Shown one piece after another: positions 12,901 to 25,205 of a DNA stretch of 64,000 nt. The notes beneath the pieces were generated by a model. That model had not been told where the DNA came from and searched no databases. It saw nothing but the letters and a program-made list of their open reading frames with translations. The stretch is from Nemertoderma westbladi (taxonomy: Eukaryota > Animalia > Xenacoelomorpha), in contig JAUCBJ010001318.1 in the NCBI GenBank assembly GCA_032718475.1, positions 56,904 to 120,903 of the forward strand, read 5' to 3'. Made by a program: the position numbers and the translations under genes. Within the stretch, counting starts at the first letter, position 1, and every line of letters begins with the position of its first letter.

Positions 12901-14439
12901 CCCGATAAACCCCTGTATGTATTATAGTGGTGGTGATATTACACCAATGTAATGTACATCTACTGTTTGGAATAAACATAAACATACTTAATATGCCGCT
13001 TATTAATATCGACACTACTTTAATTTATAATTTAAATAAATAATATAATATAAAAAATGTAGGTCATGTATACAATTATAATATAATTGTTAGAGTTAGA
13101 TTAACTTACAAACTTCTCGACGATGGAGACACCGACATCGGCGATGCTACCGAGAACTGTGATAAAGTCGAACACGTTCCATCCATCATAGAAGTAATAC
13201 TACAAAAATAAAAGAGTTAACGATAACTAACAGTTGTGTAGCTATGACACTGATAAAATGGGAAAAAACGTTTCAGATGACGCGATATACAACATTACAT
13301 GCTGGAAGGAATTTAACAATGAGAAAGAAATAATTCAGAACAAATATCAAAATGTTAATATAAATTAACAATCAAGTGAGGTAGTTCATACTGTATAGAG
13401 GCCAACCCCGACAACTTTAGGACTATAAGTTTTAAGTAAACCTACTACTACTACTACTACTACTACGATAGGTAAACAAGCCGGCACAGCATTCTTAAGT
13501 GAACCTAATTGTAAACAAACAGTCTTTACGAAGTTTTTATGGAAAATTATCCAACATATAATATAATATAAAGAGTGGGTTCCTACAGTATCATATTCAT
13601 AATATAAATAATATCCGTTCATAATAATTGCTACAAAAAGAATGTGGCAAACTGAAAAGGAATTAAAAGCAAGCTATAAGAGTAGTATGAGAAGATAGGA
13701 ATGGAAATTATAACAAAGATCAGTAAGTCAGACAAGCAATCAACACGCACTACATAAATATTAGGGCAAACTAAATAATAAAACTACTAAATAAAAAATA
13801 CCCTCAGACTATAAGCTACTCAACGCTAGTCGGATATGCGGTTCTTTTGTAAATCGAAAAACTACCACCTCCCTCCCCTAGCACAAGCACCCCTTGGTCG
13901 CTAGGTTATTTCCAATTGGAAGTTACAAAATTGACAATCAAATTTGGGAGCACTGAAATGTAATTCGCACAAATAAATCGTAGATAGACAGGATTTGATA
14001 ATGATAATTTTTGCTAAAACTGTGATATTCAACCTGATATTATTCACCAACTAAATCACACACCATAACAAATGCAGCAAAGATAGGGAAATATCAGGCA
14101 TTGCATAATCGTTAAAGTCAAGGAAATGTGAGGAAAACATAAGAAAAAAGTTAAATCATATCGAAAAAAAAAGAATCAAGTAGGAAAAATGATAATACAG
14201 TAGTAGGAAAACATTGTGATTTAGTAATAATAAAGTGTTATAAAGTTTAGGAGGCCAAAGCTGAAATTCATATGAAAAGAGTTAAGTGAGAGACAAACAT
14301 TCGCATAACCTATTATATCAGCTACCGGTACCTGACTCAAAGCGATTATTTTTAGAACCGCTTCTAGTGTAAAGAATACAGTGAATGTGACATTCACATA
14401 GAAGAGACCAACATCAATACTTTCGTCCATTTCGTAAAA
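3780..14439 (-). CDS. Voltage-gated calcium channel alpha-1 subunit, Cav2 (P/Q/N/R, cacophony/unc-2-like) family; partial, multi-exon (domain IV to EF-hand region)
   Basis: Ten GT-AG exons with compatible phases translate to Cav2 domain-IV hallmarks: [40 protein letters not shown], FRCxTGExWQ, [39 protein letters not shown]. Confidence 0.95.
4357..6758 (-). repeat. 32/34-bp minisatellite whose unit is the last ~17 nt of the 6742-6869 exon plus its GTAAGT splice donor
   Basis: Minus-strand unit TACGATCC(CC)ATGTGCTAC|GTAAGTTAATCTCTA; about 70-75 copies by length. Confidence 0.97.
6742..6869 (-). CDS. Cav2 exon: end of IVS6 and start of C-terminus ([43 protein letters not shown])
   Basis: cag acceptor, gtaagt donor; 128 nt, phase 0-2; near-invariant Cav motif. 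Confidence 0.96.
7674..7848 (-). CDS. Cav2 alternative exon pore-B: [20 protein letters not shown]...[14 protein letters not shown]
   Basis: tag acceptor, gtgagt donor; 175 nt, phase 2-0; TGE retained. Confidence 0.9.
8221..8458 (-). CDS. Cav2 alternative exon pore-A (IV P-loop to S6): [20 protein letters not shown]...[13 protein letters not shown]
   Basis: tag acceptor, gtatgt donor; 238 nt, phase 2-0; selectivity-filter TGE retained. Confidence 0.88.
8696..8790 (-). CDS. Cav2 exon: IVS5-P loop ([32 protein letters not shown])
   Basis: tag acceptor, gtaagt donor; 95 nt, phase 0-2; NNNF and LLLFR motifs. Confidence 0.93.
9707..10461. repeat. AT-rich ~19-bp minisatellite (TTTAACATGTTTAATTTTA and variants), quasi-palindromic
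   Basis: Tandem units read directly. Confidence 0.93.
10816..11016 (-). CDS. Cav2 alternative exon S4-c: [67 protein letters not shown]
   Basis: cag acceptor, gttgga donor; 201 nt, open, phase 0-0; lies within ORF-track entry 10735..11049. Confidence 0.9.
11983..12183 (-). CDS. Cav2 alternative exon S4-b: [67 protein letters not shown]
   Basis: tag acceptor, gtgcga donor; 201 nt, open, phase 0-0. Confidence 0.9.
12715..12912 (-). CDS. Cav2 alternative exon S4-a (IVS3-S4 linker, S4, S5): [66 protein letters not shown]
   Basis: cag acceptor, gtcagc donor; 198 nt, open, phase 0-0. Confidence 0.9.
13110..13199 (-). CDS. Cav2 exon: IVS3 ([30 protein letters not shown])
   Basis: tag acceptor, gtaagt donor; 90 nt, phase 0-0; WNxFDF motif. 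Confidence 0.95.
14332..14439 (-). CDS. Cav2 exon: IVS1-S2 loop and IVS2 ([36 protein letters not shown])
   Basis: tag acceptor at 14440-14442, gtaccg donor; 108 nt, phase 0-0; [12 protein letters not shown]2 motif. Confidence 0.92.
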
Positions 14440-14512
14440 CTATAAAAAATAAAAATATTATTTAGTTAACCAACAAGTTTAAGGGAATTATAGAAGATTA
14501 TAGTACCAACCA

Positions 14513-16021
14513 CATCATTCCAATATATTTATTTGTTTTATAACGCAAAACATGTTTTACGGTGGGAAGCATAACCGCACAAGATCAATTAATAGCCATA
14601 CTTTAGTATTAATGAAAAATCCGAGAGACAGTCTATCGGTTTTAAATTTCGCGAAGCAAATGTTACCAGGACAGACCAAATTTTTAGTTGATTCCTATCA
14701 AGATGCAACAATTGAGCCATTTTCACATTTCTTAATTGATTTACGACAGGAAACACCCGAACATTTAAGATTTAGATCGGATATATTTCGTAATCATAAT
14801 TGTTACATTAAAAATTACATTGACTATAAACGTAGCGAAAATAATAATAATAATAATAATAATGATAAATAATTAATATTTTGTGACAATTTTCAATAAT
14901 GTTGCAACAATGAATAGACTTGTGCAGAAATATCGTAACGAACTGGAATTTCTACGCAGCGCTACCCCTCAACAAAGAACTTATTTTATTAACCATACCG
15001 CCAGTAACGAATTAATACGACACATTGTAAATACTGCATTAAATGTTCTAAAAGGCAATGTACAATTGACCCCTCATTCATTTAGAAATATTCGCCGCTA
15101 TAAGAAGGTATTGAAATCACTCAACCGTAAGACAAAAAATATATCAAGTTACAGAAAAAAGTTAAGCAATCAATCTGGAGGCATACTACCGTTTCTAATA
15201 CCCTTACTCGGCATTGGTGCGAAACTAGCCGCAAGTGCCGGAGCCGCTGCCGCTGGGGCGGCTATTGCGAAAAAAATTAACCGTGGACGGTAGGCAATAA
15301 TGGTTAAAACAGGAGTAACATTTAGAAAATTATATTTAGTATCGAGTAAACCGTTAGCTACTGATTTAAAACCACAAGATATACCTAGAGTAAACACTAC
15401 AAAAAGAAAACCCTTTAAAACATCAACTTCGAAGAAAATAATTAAAAAATTTCAATTGTTCTTACGGTGATGCCCTTTATAAGAGATTTGAATATACATA
15501 TTACTTGTGGTTGTCGAAAAGATGCCTCGCAAGATGAAACCGATTTTAAGCCGAAGCTTAGACAAAAAACTGTTAAGAATTTATTTAGATCCTTCATCCC
15601 CCGCGGGATTTGCAAGTGTTGCAAAATTAGCAAAAGCTGCAAACATCAAACCGACGCAAGCTCAGAAATGGTTGAGCTGACAAAAGACATACACCCTTCA
15701 CGCTCAACGTAGACAACATTATCCAACATCTAAAATATTTACGGGAGGCATAAAAGATATATATATGATAGATCTGGTGGATATGCAGCAATATAAGTCA
15801 CAAAATAATAATTATAACTATATATTAACATGCATTGATGCCTTCAGTCGGCTTGCTTTTGGCTATGCTATAAAAACAAAAAAGGGTGATGAAATTATTA
15901 GTATATTGCAAAAAATATTCCAGAAAGGAAAACCAAACAGAATCGCCACGGATCAAGGGTCTGAGTTTCTAAATAAATCTGTAAGGAAATATTTAGATAC
16001 GTTAGGTATACAGTATTACGT
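14513..16021 (+). mobile_element. Internal fragment of a Polinton (ATPase 3' half, core-like ORF 14910-15293, small basic ORF, 5' part of integrase with a nonsense codon), inverted relative to the main copy
   Basis: Reverse-complement match to ~32580-34080 (about 95% by eye); ORF-track proteins nearly identical to those at 33727, 33306 and 31993; TGA at ~15678 interrupts the integrase. Confidence 0.93.
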
Positions 16022-19000
16022 AAACTTAAAATTTTTCACAAAGTCATTAACTGAAAACAGTATCTAGCATATATCCAACGTTTAATTTTACATTTTTTTT
16101 TTTAGTCAAAGGTAGATTCACTGACATTGTTCTAGAACTTAATATAAATCTGAGCTAGACATTGAAGCACTATCTTAAGGTTGGTGTGACAATGTGTGAA
16201 ATATATTTCATGTATTATGATCAAGTGAGATATTTGTTGTGATTATAAAAGCTAGTATGTTTGTTTAGTTAATAAAATAATAATAAGGTTATGAAATTTT
16301 ATTTCTATCTGACTAAACTTACATTTCTTTTGTTTCAACTTCAGATTTACTTTCTTAATCCGTTGTAAGACAAGTTTCAGATGAATCAGGTGCTCTGTAA
16401 ATGTAATTGATTTTACTAATATACAGTATCATCAATAAATACATGGAATTGTTTATCTTCTTCAGTTGAAATGCCGTTCAATAATTTCTCCATAGTTTGT
16501 TGGAAAGTAGCTGTTTCTACAGAGTGATGCTGGGTTTTAGCACTACTAATTTGATATTTTTTTATTGCGAAATTAGATTCACTGAAAAATTCCATGAATA
16601 AACTTTGCGAGACAATCCTCAACTATTCTTTGACAACAAACTGTCTATCTACAGTATTTATTTTGAGTAAAAAATGTGAAAATTAAAATGTAAGCTTTAA
16701 AGCTGAGTAAGTACTGTTATATTTATTTAAAAATATGAAATTTCGTCAGTAAATGTGAGACTGTTGTAATCAGCTATTTTTTTAGTAAAAAATAATAATC
16801 TTACAGTATATATGTTTAAAACCAAACATCACCCTATAGAAACAATATTAACTTATATACTATTTACTTAAAATTCTTCACAAACTTATTAACTGAAAAC
16901 AGGTTTTCAACATATATACTGTAAGTTTATTATTTTTTACTAAAAAAAATAGATGATTACAGCAGTCTCGCAATTACTGAAGAAATTTCATAAGCCAAAA
17001 AAATTCATTCTTCTTGAAAAGCCATTCATCTTGCCCTCCAATCAATCCCAAGGAGAGAAGCATAGCTGTTCGAAACTGGGTGGCTAAGAACATGTAGGAA
17101 AGATTTTCGAATTACACAACCAGTATACACTTCTCATTCTCAATCTGCTTCCCAAAAGAAGGGAACGGAACATCATAACACTTGAAAGGCTAGCAAGATT
17201 AACCAACGCAATCATCGTCGCACCAATTCATTAGATAACCTTCCCTACACAAAGCCTGTTGCTATTGAAATCGGGTGTGACAGTGAAGCACATAATAATA
17301 TTAGGCTCAGGCAGCAGTTTATTTATCAAGAACCAAATCCGAGGAATCCAGCTATGAATTCCCTGAAGACACAACCAAAGGAAACATCAACAGAGGCAAT
17401 GAATATGACTCTGACAAAACTAAGCAAAGCTATGACATCATATGAATTCATTGAAACAGCCAGGGCGGAGAGCATCATGCAAAATCCAAAAGAAATGTTT
17501 GCTAGGTCCCTAGTGCCACTTGGTTTAGAAAAAGTCCACAACTTCTACAACTGACATATCTAGAAGTCCACAACTTCTACAACTGACATATCTTCACCAT
17601 CAGAGACTGATGAGTATATAACAGTAGATAATATATCAGACAATTCAAATGAAACTGAAATAGATCCTACTTACTCATACAGCATAAAGGAAAATAAAGG
17701 TGAATCCCTGCAAGGAAGTCAGGTACCAACAAACATAAGAAAAGACTCTGTAATAATCACAAACCCATCAGTGAAATGTCCCTCTACTCTAGTACAAGTC
17801 CTCAAAAACAATGACACCTGGCAAGAACCAAAAAGACCTGCCAAACCAACCTTCAAATCAAAGATCCAGATGCAGCACAACGTTAAGACTGAAAACAAAT
17901 ATAGTGAACTAGATAATGATACCAAAATTGTCATACTTCTACAACAACAGACTGATTTCTTGGCGAATCTAAATAATGTTTCCAAAGAAACTGTCAATCT
18001 AAGAAAATCACAAGGTAGTAGCAAGAATGAACACAACAACTTTAAGCAACATCAAACGAGATACGAACAAGAAACCCAACGAAGCACCCCATCCAACAAA
18101 CGGAAGCAGTAGAAGCAGCACAGATATGAAGCGGAATAATAAAGGGTTTGATCTACACTACAAAACCTCTAGGGATTCATACTGACACAATAACATTCAA
18201 GCCAACTATAATGGTAATCAATATAAATCTATCCCGCAAGATAATAATAGGCATACGGAGTATGTGAGGAACTCTTGGAGACATGCCTCAGAATCATCTC
18301 GACACTAAAGTCAAACATACCAGCAGTAACAGAAGCACAGAGTGAGTAGACATGATTATCCACATCAACACTTCCCAAACCCTCATCTAAGAGACCAATC
18401 TGAACATACCTCGTACCCCAGTAAGGACCAATGTGACATAACCTATGACAACAGGTATTACAACCGATCCAACAGAAGTCATATGGCTAGGAATCGTTTT
18501 TAAGCTAGCCCCGAGTATCACAACTGGAGACCTAAATTTCAAAAATGCTGGAAATACGTGTAATATTTTGCAGAGAAGTGAAATCAGTCGCCATAGGTAG
18601 CATATGAAGGATGATTTGCAACATGACAGCAAATTCTATTAAGTTCTAGAACAATGTCAGTGAATCTACCTTTGACTAAAAAAAAATGTAAAATTAAACG
18701 TTGAATATATGCTAGATACTATTTTCAGCTAATAATAAGTTTGTGAAGAATTTTAAGTTAATATTTTTCTGTAGCATGATGCTTGGTTTTCAACATATAT
18801 ACAGTAAGTTTATTATTTTTTAGTAAAAAATAGATGATTACAGCAGTATCGCATTTACTGACGAAATTTCATATTTTTAAATAAATATAACAGTACTTAC
18901 TCAGTTTTTAAGACTTGCATTTTAATTTTCACATTTTTTACTCAAAATAGATAGATAGACAATTTGTTGTCAAAGAATAGTTAAGGAATGTCTCGCAAAG

Positions 19001-19086
19001 TTTATTCATGGGATTTTTCAGTGAATCTAATTTCGCAATAAAAAAATGTCAAATTAATAGTGCTAAAACCCAGCATCACTCTGTAG
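16022..19086. repeat. AT-rich inverted-repeat (foldback/MITE-like) region enclosing ~1.6 kb of decayed ORF-like sequence
   Basis: 16022-16150 and 16517-16900 are reverse complements of 18630-18760 and ~18740-19086; local hairpin 16735-16825 vs 16900-16992. Confidence 0.7.
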
Positions 19087-19684
19087 AACCAATATATTAT
19101 AAAAAAAAATGTAATATACTATATTAACACTGACACATTGACTTACCTACACATAGTTGCAACACTACAGTGTATACATGAGACATTGTTTCATAATGTT
19201 ACATATCGAATAACACTATTACTGCTATATCTAGCACATACTCACAACAATCAATACCCTACATCTAAACATTAATTATCATTCCATCTTATATTCAAAC
19301 GTAATTAACCTGTCAATATTGTAATGATACTGTATGTAGAACAAGTAAATTATTATTATTAGTTAGATGTATTTCGTATTAATTAATATGCATTTTATGC
19401 TATCGAAATCATTAGAATAATTGGATCTTGTTGGTAACATATGCTATAGTATAGAATTCAATGAACAATAATTTATAATTGATACTACCACAAGCTATTT
19501 GTAAACATCTGCGACCAGTTATGATGAATAAATCGATATTGAATAATTATTACTTGGCATTCAACAGCTATAACTCGGATATTTATCGCCTTTTTCTCTC
19601 GAGGTTGGGTGGAAGAGTGGGTGACGAGTTGTGAGGAGTTATAACAGTCCCGAGTTCGAACCCGTTTGAATATTTTGTTATCTG

Positions 19685-20098
19685 AAAAATTGCGAAATTA
19701 AATTTAGTTACTGGTGAAAAATAGTAGAAGTTACCTGTAGACACCTCTAGCGTCTGTAAAATAAAGGTTGGTAAATATGAAAATACTGGTTGCTGAAAAA
19801 TAGCGATTTGAAAAATAGTAGACGTTACCTGTAGACACTCGTAGCACCTGTAAAATAAAGGCTTATGATTGGACGGATGAGTAGCGTTGGGTGACTAATA
19901 ACGCCTCTAGCGGAAGATGCGGGAACTTGAGAAGTTGCCATGGTTACGGATTAAATGCTGACATCTGATTGGTTGAAATAATAACGACTACCGCTAAAGG
20001 TTGAAATAGTGGCTTCTGATTGGACAGAGTACCAGAAATGGACGGTAATGATGGGCTACGGGTGACCATACCGTAGTGTCATAGCATTCTATACTACT
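19685..20098 (+). repeat. Polinton terminal sequence ending ...ATACTACT, in DIRECT orientation relative to the main element's right terminus
   Basis: Colinear similarity (~85% by eye) to 36328-36648; ends with the canonical Polinton ACTACT terminus. Confidence 0.85.
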
Positions 20099-20099
20099 T

Positions 20100-20679
20100 A
20101 TGGGACTATGGGAGATTTCAGCTAGATATTCTGATGCTATTGGTCTTAGGTATTATAATGGGTTTAACTTAACAGCATCGGAAGTAAATTCATTGTGGTA
20201 TGAATGGAATTATGAAATTAGTAACGAAGGTGTCTTTTCAGAGCTAGATACGGACGATAAAGCTTTATCTGACCGACTTAAAGTAAAAATAAATGTACAA
20301 GAAAAAAAAAGTAATTATTACAGACAAGGAAAGCAAATATTTACAGTTACATTACGATAAAGACATACTACATATAGAGTTTCTCTACGATATGATGTTA
20401 AAGGTTTCATCAACTGATATAGCAGACGGTTTCGCGATTCTATATCAACCAACTTGGAAGTTTAAGGTTAATAAGTCATTTCCAGAAGTAGTTTCATCCA
20501 CATTTAATCCAAAGACATACATCGAAGAGACATCGAGTGATAGAAAGCGCAGATCTACATCTCAAACATCTTCCATTCCCAACAATGATTCTATACCTAC
20601 AAAGAAAATAAAAGTTACAAAAGCAAGTGAAGAGGTAGCAGATTACAATAAGGAACATATAAAAACAGTATCAGATTGA
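20100..20679 (+). pseudogene. Polinton ORF of unknown function, frameshifted in an A-run near 20305 and probably 5'-truncated
   Basis: Overlapping ORFs 20100..20360 and 20293..20679 join at a poly-A tract; begins immediately after the 20098 terminus. Confidence 0.5.
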
Positions 20680-21233
20680 TTTATTATTAACTAGAGACTT
20701 TTCTTTTTCAGTTTCACACTGACTTGTAAAGGTAACTTTTTATCGCAAAGCGTGATTATTATAAAGTATTTGCATGTAAAGGTGACTTTATTGAGTAAAT
20801 ATTGGTGATAGTTTATATTTAATGTGAGCACGGGATTAGGTATAAAACATTCGCATGTAAATGCATGAGTTTACACCACCATAATAAAACATTAGCATGT
20901 AAAACCTACTTTATCAATGAAAATTAAAAACGCATTATGCACATCTTGGTTTAGACTTGATTTTATTATAAAGAATTCAGTTGTAAAAGCAACTTTATTT
21001 ATGATATTAGTTTCCAATGTAACTGTTATTTATGATTGGTTGGTATAAGTAGAAACTTGAAATATATATATATAAAGAGCTCAACTGATTCAATCGAGCT
21101 CATTCTGAAAATATTAAATTAATTAAAGTTTAGATATTATATTTTATTTGTGTTGAGTAGCTTATGAATTTTTTTGATTATATATATAACAATATTCATA
21201 TTAATTTTAAATTGTTTTTAGGATAATAAAGAG

Positions 21234-24200
21234 ATGGATAAACAATTGAAATGTCCATTTTGTCCTCTTCAAATAGACACTTCAAGAATACAATTGTTTT
21301 AATTGTCGAGTGAAATGTTCACGTGAAGAAATATGTAAACGACATGAATCAACTACGGGATGTAAAGAAATGAAGTTTTGCGTGTATGAAAAAACATGCC
21401 CTACTTGTAATAAAGAGTATTTATATGAGAATTACTTACGTCACGACTGTCACCAACGTTATTATCATGTTAGACCACCACCACAACGGAACCAAAACAA
21501 TACTATCGTATCTAGAAAAAGACTGAAATCTGGTCAAGGTTCATCAATTTTTAACATTGAACGAGCCGCACACGATAACCGTTTAGAAATCTATGTTTAC
21601 AATCTTCCGAATGATGAAGATTTTCCTGATATTCATTCATCATTAATTAAAATTCTACCTCACATCCAAACTTTATTATTAGGAAAACTTAGCGAAATGA
21701 ATGTACTTAGACCCTGGCTAGGTGTGAATATACTCATGTATCGATCACATTTTTCAGAGGGTGATCAAGAAGAAGCTTTCTATTTTAGTTCTTCAGGTGG
21801 TGCAGTTAATACCGTAGATTCACATGAAAGTTTTGACACATGGTTTGAGTATGTATTAGAAAAATTAATGCAAAAAATAGCCATGTTTAACACTCGTGGC
21901 TCAGGGTGGCGTGTTAAATCTTTATTAAGGGTTGAAATTAAAGTAGCGGAATCCAAGTGTAGGTCGTTACTATATAAGGGGCATGGATATATGGAATTAC
22001 CTAAGGCTCTATCAGGTAAACAGTGTGTTATAAATATACAAACGGCTGATAATGATTGTTTTAAATGGGCAATTATAGCTACAAAATTTAGTAGCAAAGT
22101 GAAGATAAACAAAAACCGTACTTCACAGTACAAAAATTATATGAGTCATTTCATTTTTGACAACGGCAACAAAGATTATCCAACAGAATGGCCGCTTGCA
22201 ATTAAACTTTTTGAAAAACAGAATTCAGCATATATAATTAATTTATTACTCTACGACAACAATCGAGTATCTATATTAAGACAGGCACCATTTAGTAAAA
22301 TCACTCCAGATAAAGAGTTATTGAATATATTACTTGTAAAAAATAAGAATACGAGTAAACAATCACATTATGTTTGCATAACTAACTTGAATCGTTTGAT
22401 GAATACGAGAGCTCTTCATACTCGTGGTAGGAAATATTGTGAACGGTGTTTGGCGCCTTTCTACACCAATGATGTTCTAGAACGTCACCGTCTTGCTTGT
22501 TATCGAGGAAAAAGTCAAGTTGAGAAGCTACCGTCTGAAAAAAGAACTCACATTAGCTTTAGAAATTTAGACAGAACATTACCAGCATTGTTTGTAATAT
22601 ATTTTGACATAGAATCTGTTTTGGAGCCAGCCACCAACAGTAAATTTATTCAGAATCTTATTCCATGCGCTGTAAGTTATTTAATTGTTCCTAGTGCCGA
22701 ATTAATCAATCCACCAAAATTTTATTTGAAGACCTTTACAAAAACAATCGACAACAACTGTATTCAAGACTTTTTAGACTCTGTATATAATGACATCACC
22801 CAATTATATAAGTGGTCAGAAACCCACACGAGAGAGAGAATGATACTTAATGATGTAGATAAGTTAAGTTTTTGGAAAGCTAAAACTTGCTTTTATTGCA
22901 ATGTTTTATTTAAGGATAAGTCTGAGAAAAACAAACATCACTCACATATTACTGGTAACTATATAGCGGCCGCTTGTAACGCATGTAACCACTCTTTATC
23001 GTTGAAACGACACATGTATATACTTGCTGCACACAACTGCAATCTCTACGATTTGCATTTTCTTTTGCAAGTTGGTTTTACCAACAACCGATATTCCGAT
23101 TGGGATATAAAGGTAATCCCTAAAAATTCTGAAAGGTATATTTCACTAAGCATGCATATACCAGTGAAAGATGAAAAAACTAAGATCGAGCTATGTGTCT
23201 TAGACACATATCAATTTTTATCCTTTTCCCTAAGTACTTTAGTTGATTGTTCAACAAAGGATATAGACAGCGAGGATATAACATCAGTTCTAACAATTAC
23301 TGAACAGCAAATGAAATATTTTTATCCAAATTTAAATAATGCAACAATTAAACGAAAAGGTATATTTCCCTACGAGTATCTGACAGATTTAAATAAATTC
23401 AATGATTTGAAATTACCATCAATAGACAAATTTTATAGTAAATTAACACAAAATACCTGTACACCCGAGGAATATAGTTTTGCCAACGCATCATGGAGTC
23501 AGTTTGACTGTGTGAATCTCAAGGATTATCTTTTAGCATACTTAAAACTCGATGTTTGTCTCCTCGCTGATATATTTGAGAACTTTAGGAGAGTGTGTAG
23601 ACAAAACTACGAATTAGAAGTAGTTTATTATTGCAGTATCGCAGCTTTCACTTATGATTGCGCCCTGAAATACAATAAATGTAAGTTAACATTAATAAAA
23701 GATTACCAAACATATAGAGATTTTGAAGCATCTATTAGACGAGGGGTTTCATTCTGTCGAAAGCATTACATAGAATCAAATATACCAGATACTGATAATT
23801 ATGATCCAAGCAAGGAAGAGTGTCATATTTTCAATATAGATTTTAATTCCTTGTATTCGGGAAATTTAAGTAAAAAGCTACCTGTTTCAGGTTTTGAACA
23901 AGTCAACGTTACATATTTAGAGAATGCTGCTCCAGAAGAACTGATAAAATATTTAACAAATCTTGATACTGAAGGTGATATTGGGTTTTTCTTAATTTGC
24001 GATTTGAAATATCCCAAAGATATTCACGATCGTACATTAGAACTACCCTTAGCTCCAGAACATTTAAGTATAAATGAGACAATGCTTTCACCTTATATGA
24101 GGGAACAATTTAACAATGTTTGTAAACAAAGAGGCACTAATAGCAAGTATAAGATGTGTGCACCGAAACTTATGTTGACACAATTCGATAAAGAATTCTA

Positions 24201-25205
24201 TCATGTAAATTTAAAACTGTTAAAATTTTATATAAAACAAGGTTTAATTGTTACTAAGCTCCATAAATTATATTCTTTCCATCAAGACTTTGTATTTAAA
24301 CCCTATATAGATTTTAATATTAATCAAAGGCGACTAGCAAAAAGTTATATTGAAACAGCTGTCGCGAAATTGCTGAACAATTCTTTATTTGGTAAAACTA
24401 TAGAGAATATACGGGATCGATGCAACTTTCGTATTGCAAATAGTAAAGAAAAATGTGACCAATTAGTCAAACAAATAAATCATGAAAATTTCATGATTTA
24501 TAACGATTCCTTATCGGGACATTTATTAGTGAAAGACTCTGTAACTCTCGATAAACCAGTCTATGTAGGTAGTACTGTCTTGGACTTGGCTAAATTGGAT
24601 ATGTATCAGCTGTATTACGATAAATTGTACCTATTGAGAAAGAATTAAACTGCCGAATTGAAATTGTAGCATCAGACACGGACTCTTTAATAGGTTGTTA
24701 CTATAATACATCGCAGAGTAATTTCGTAAAAGCCTTAATTAAAAATAATATTTTAGATACATCCAATTACCCCAAGGATCACCCTCTCTACAGCGATAAA
24801 AATAAATCCAGGCTCTATTACTGTAAAGACGAACTAGCCTCACGTGAAATTAAACAAGCGGTATTTTTAAGACCAAAGTTATATTCAATTTTGGAATTCA
24901 ATGAAACAAATATACGACGGGCGAAAGGAATAACAAGAGCTGTCGTGGATAAAAATATTTGTCACAAAGATTATTTGAGGGCATATTACGATAACGAAGA
25001 AATTTCAAAAGAAACACATCAATTTCAGAGTAAATTACACAAAGTGTATACTATAGCACGAGATAAGTTTGCTCTCAGCGCATTTGATGATAAACTTTAT
25101 TGGGTTAATAAAAATCATTCGCTTCCCTGGGGTCACTATCAAACAAAGGTCGAAAAACCCATGAAAAAAAAACAATATACCAATTTATCGGGAACCAAAC
25201 AATGA
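21234..25205 (+). pseudogene. Protein-primed family B DNA polymerase (pPolB) with terminal-protein, vOTU-like and endonuclease-VII-like domains; frameshifted
   Basis: GSGW, DCFKWAI...HYV, YFDIES (ExoI), CxxC...HSHITG...CNACN, HNxxxYD, KGIFPYEY, DFNSLY, KLLNNSLFGK; frameshift near 24630 separates the catalytic SDTDS (~24672) and C-terminal LRPKLY/AKGI/FDDK motifs. Confidence 0.95.

Noticed and set aside
19645-19665. tRNA gene or SINE from the B-box-like GAGTTCGAACCC
   Set aside because: No A-box or cloverleaf could be built around it.
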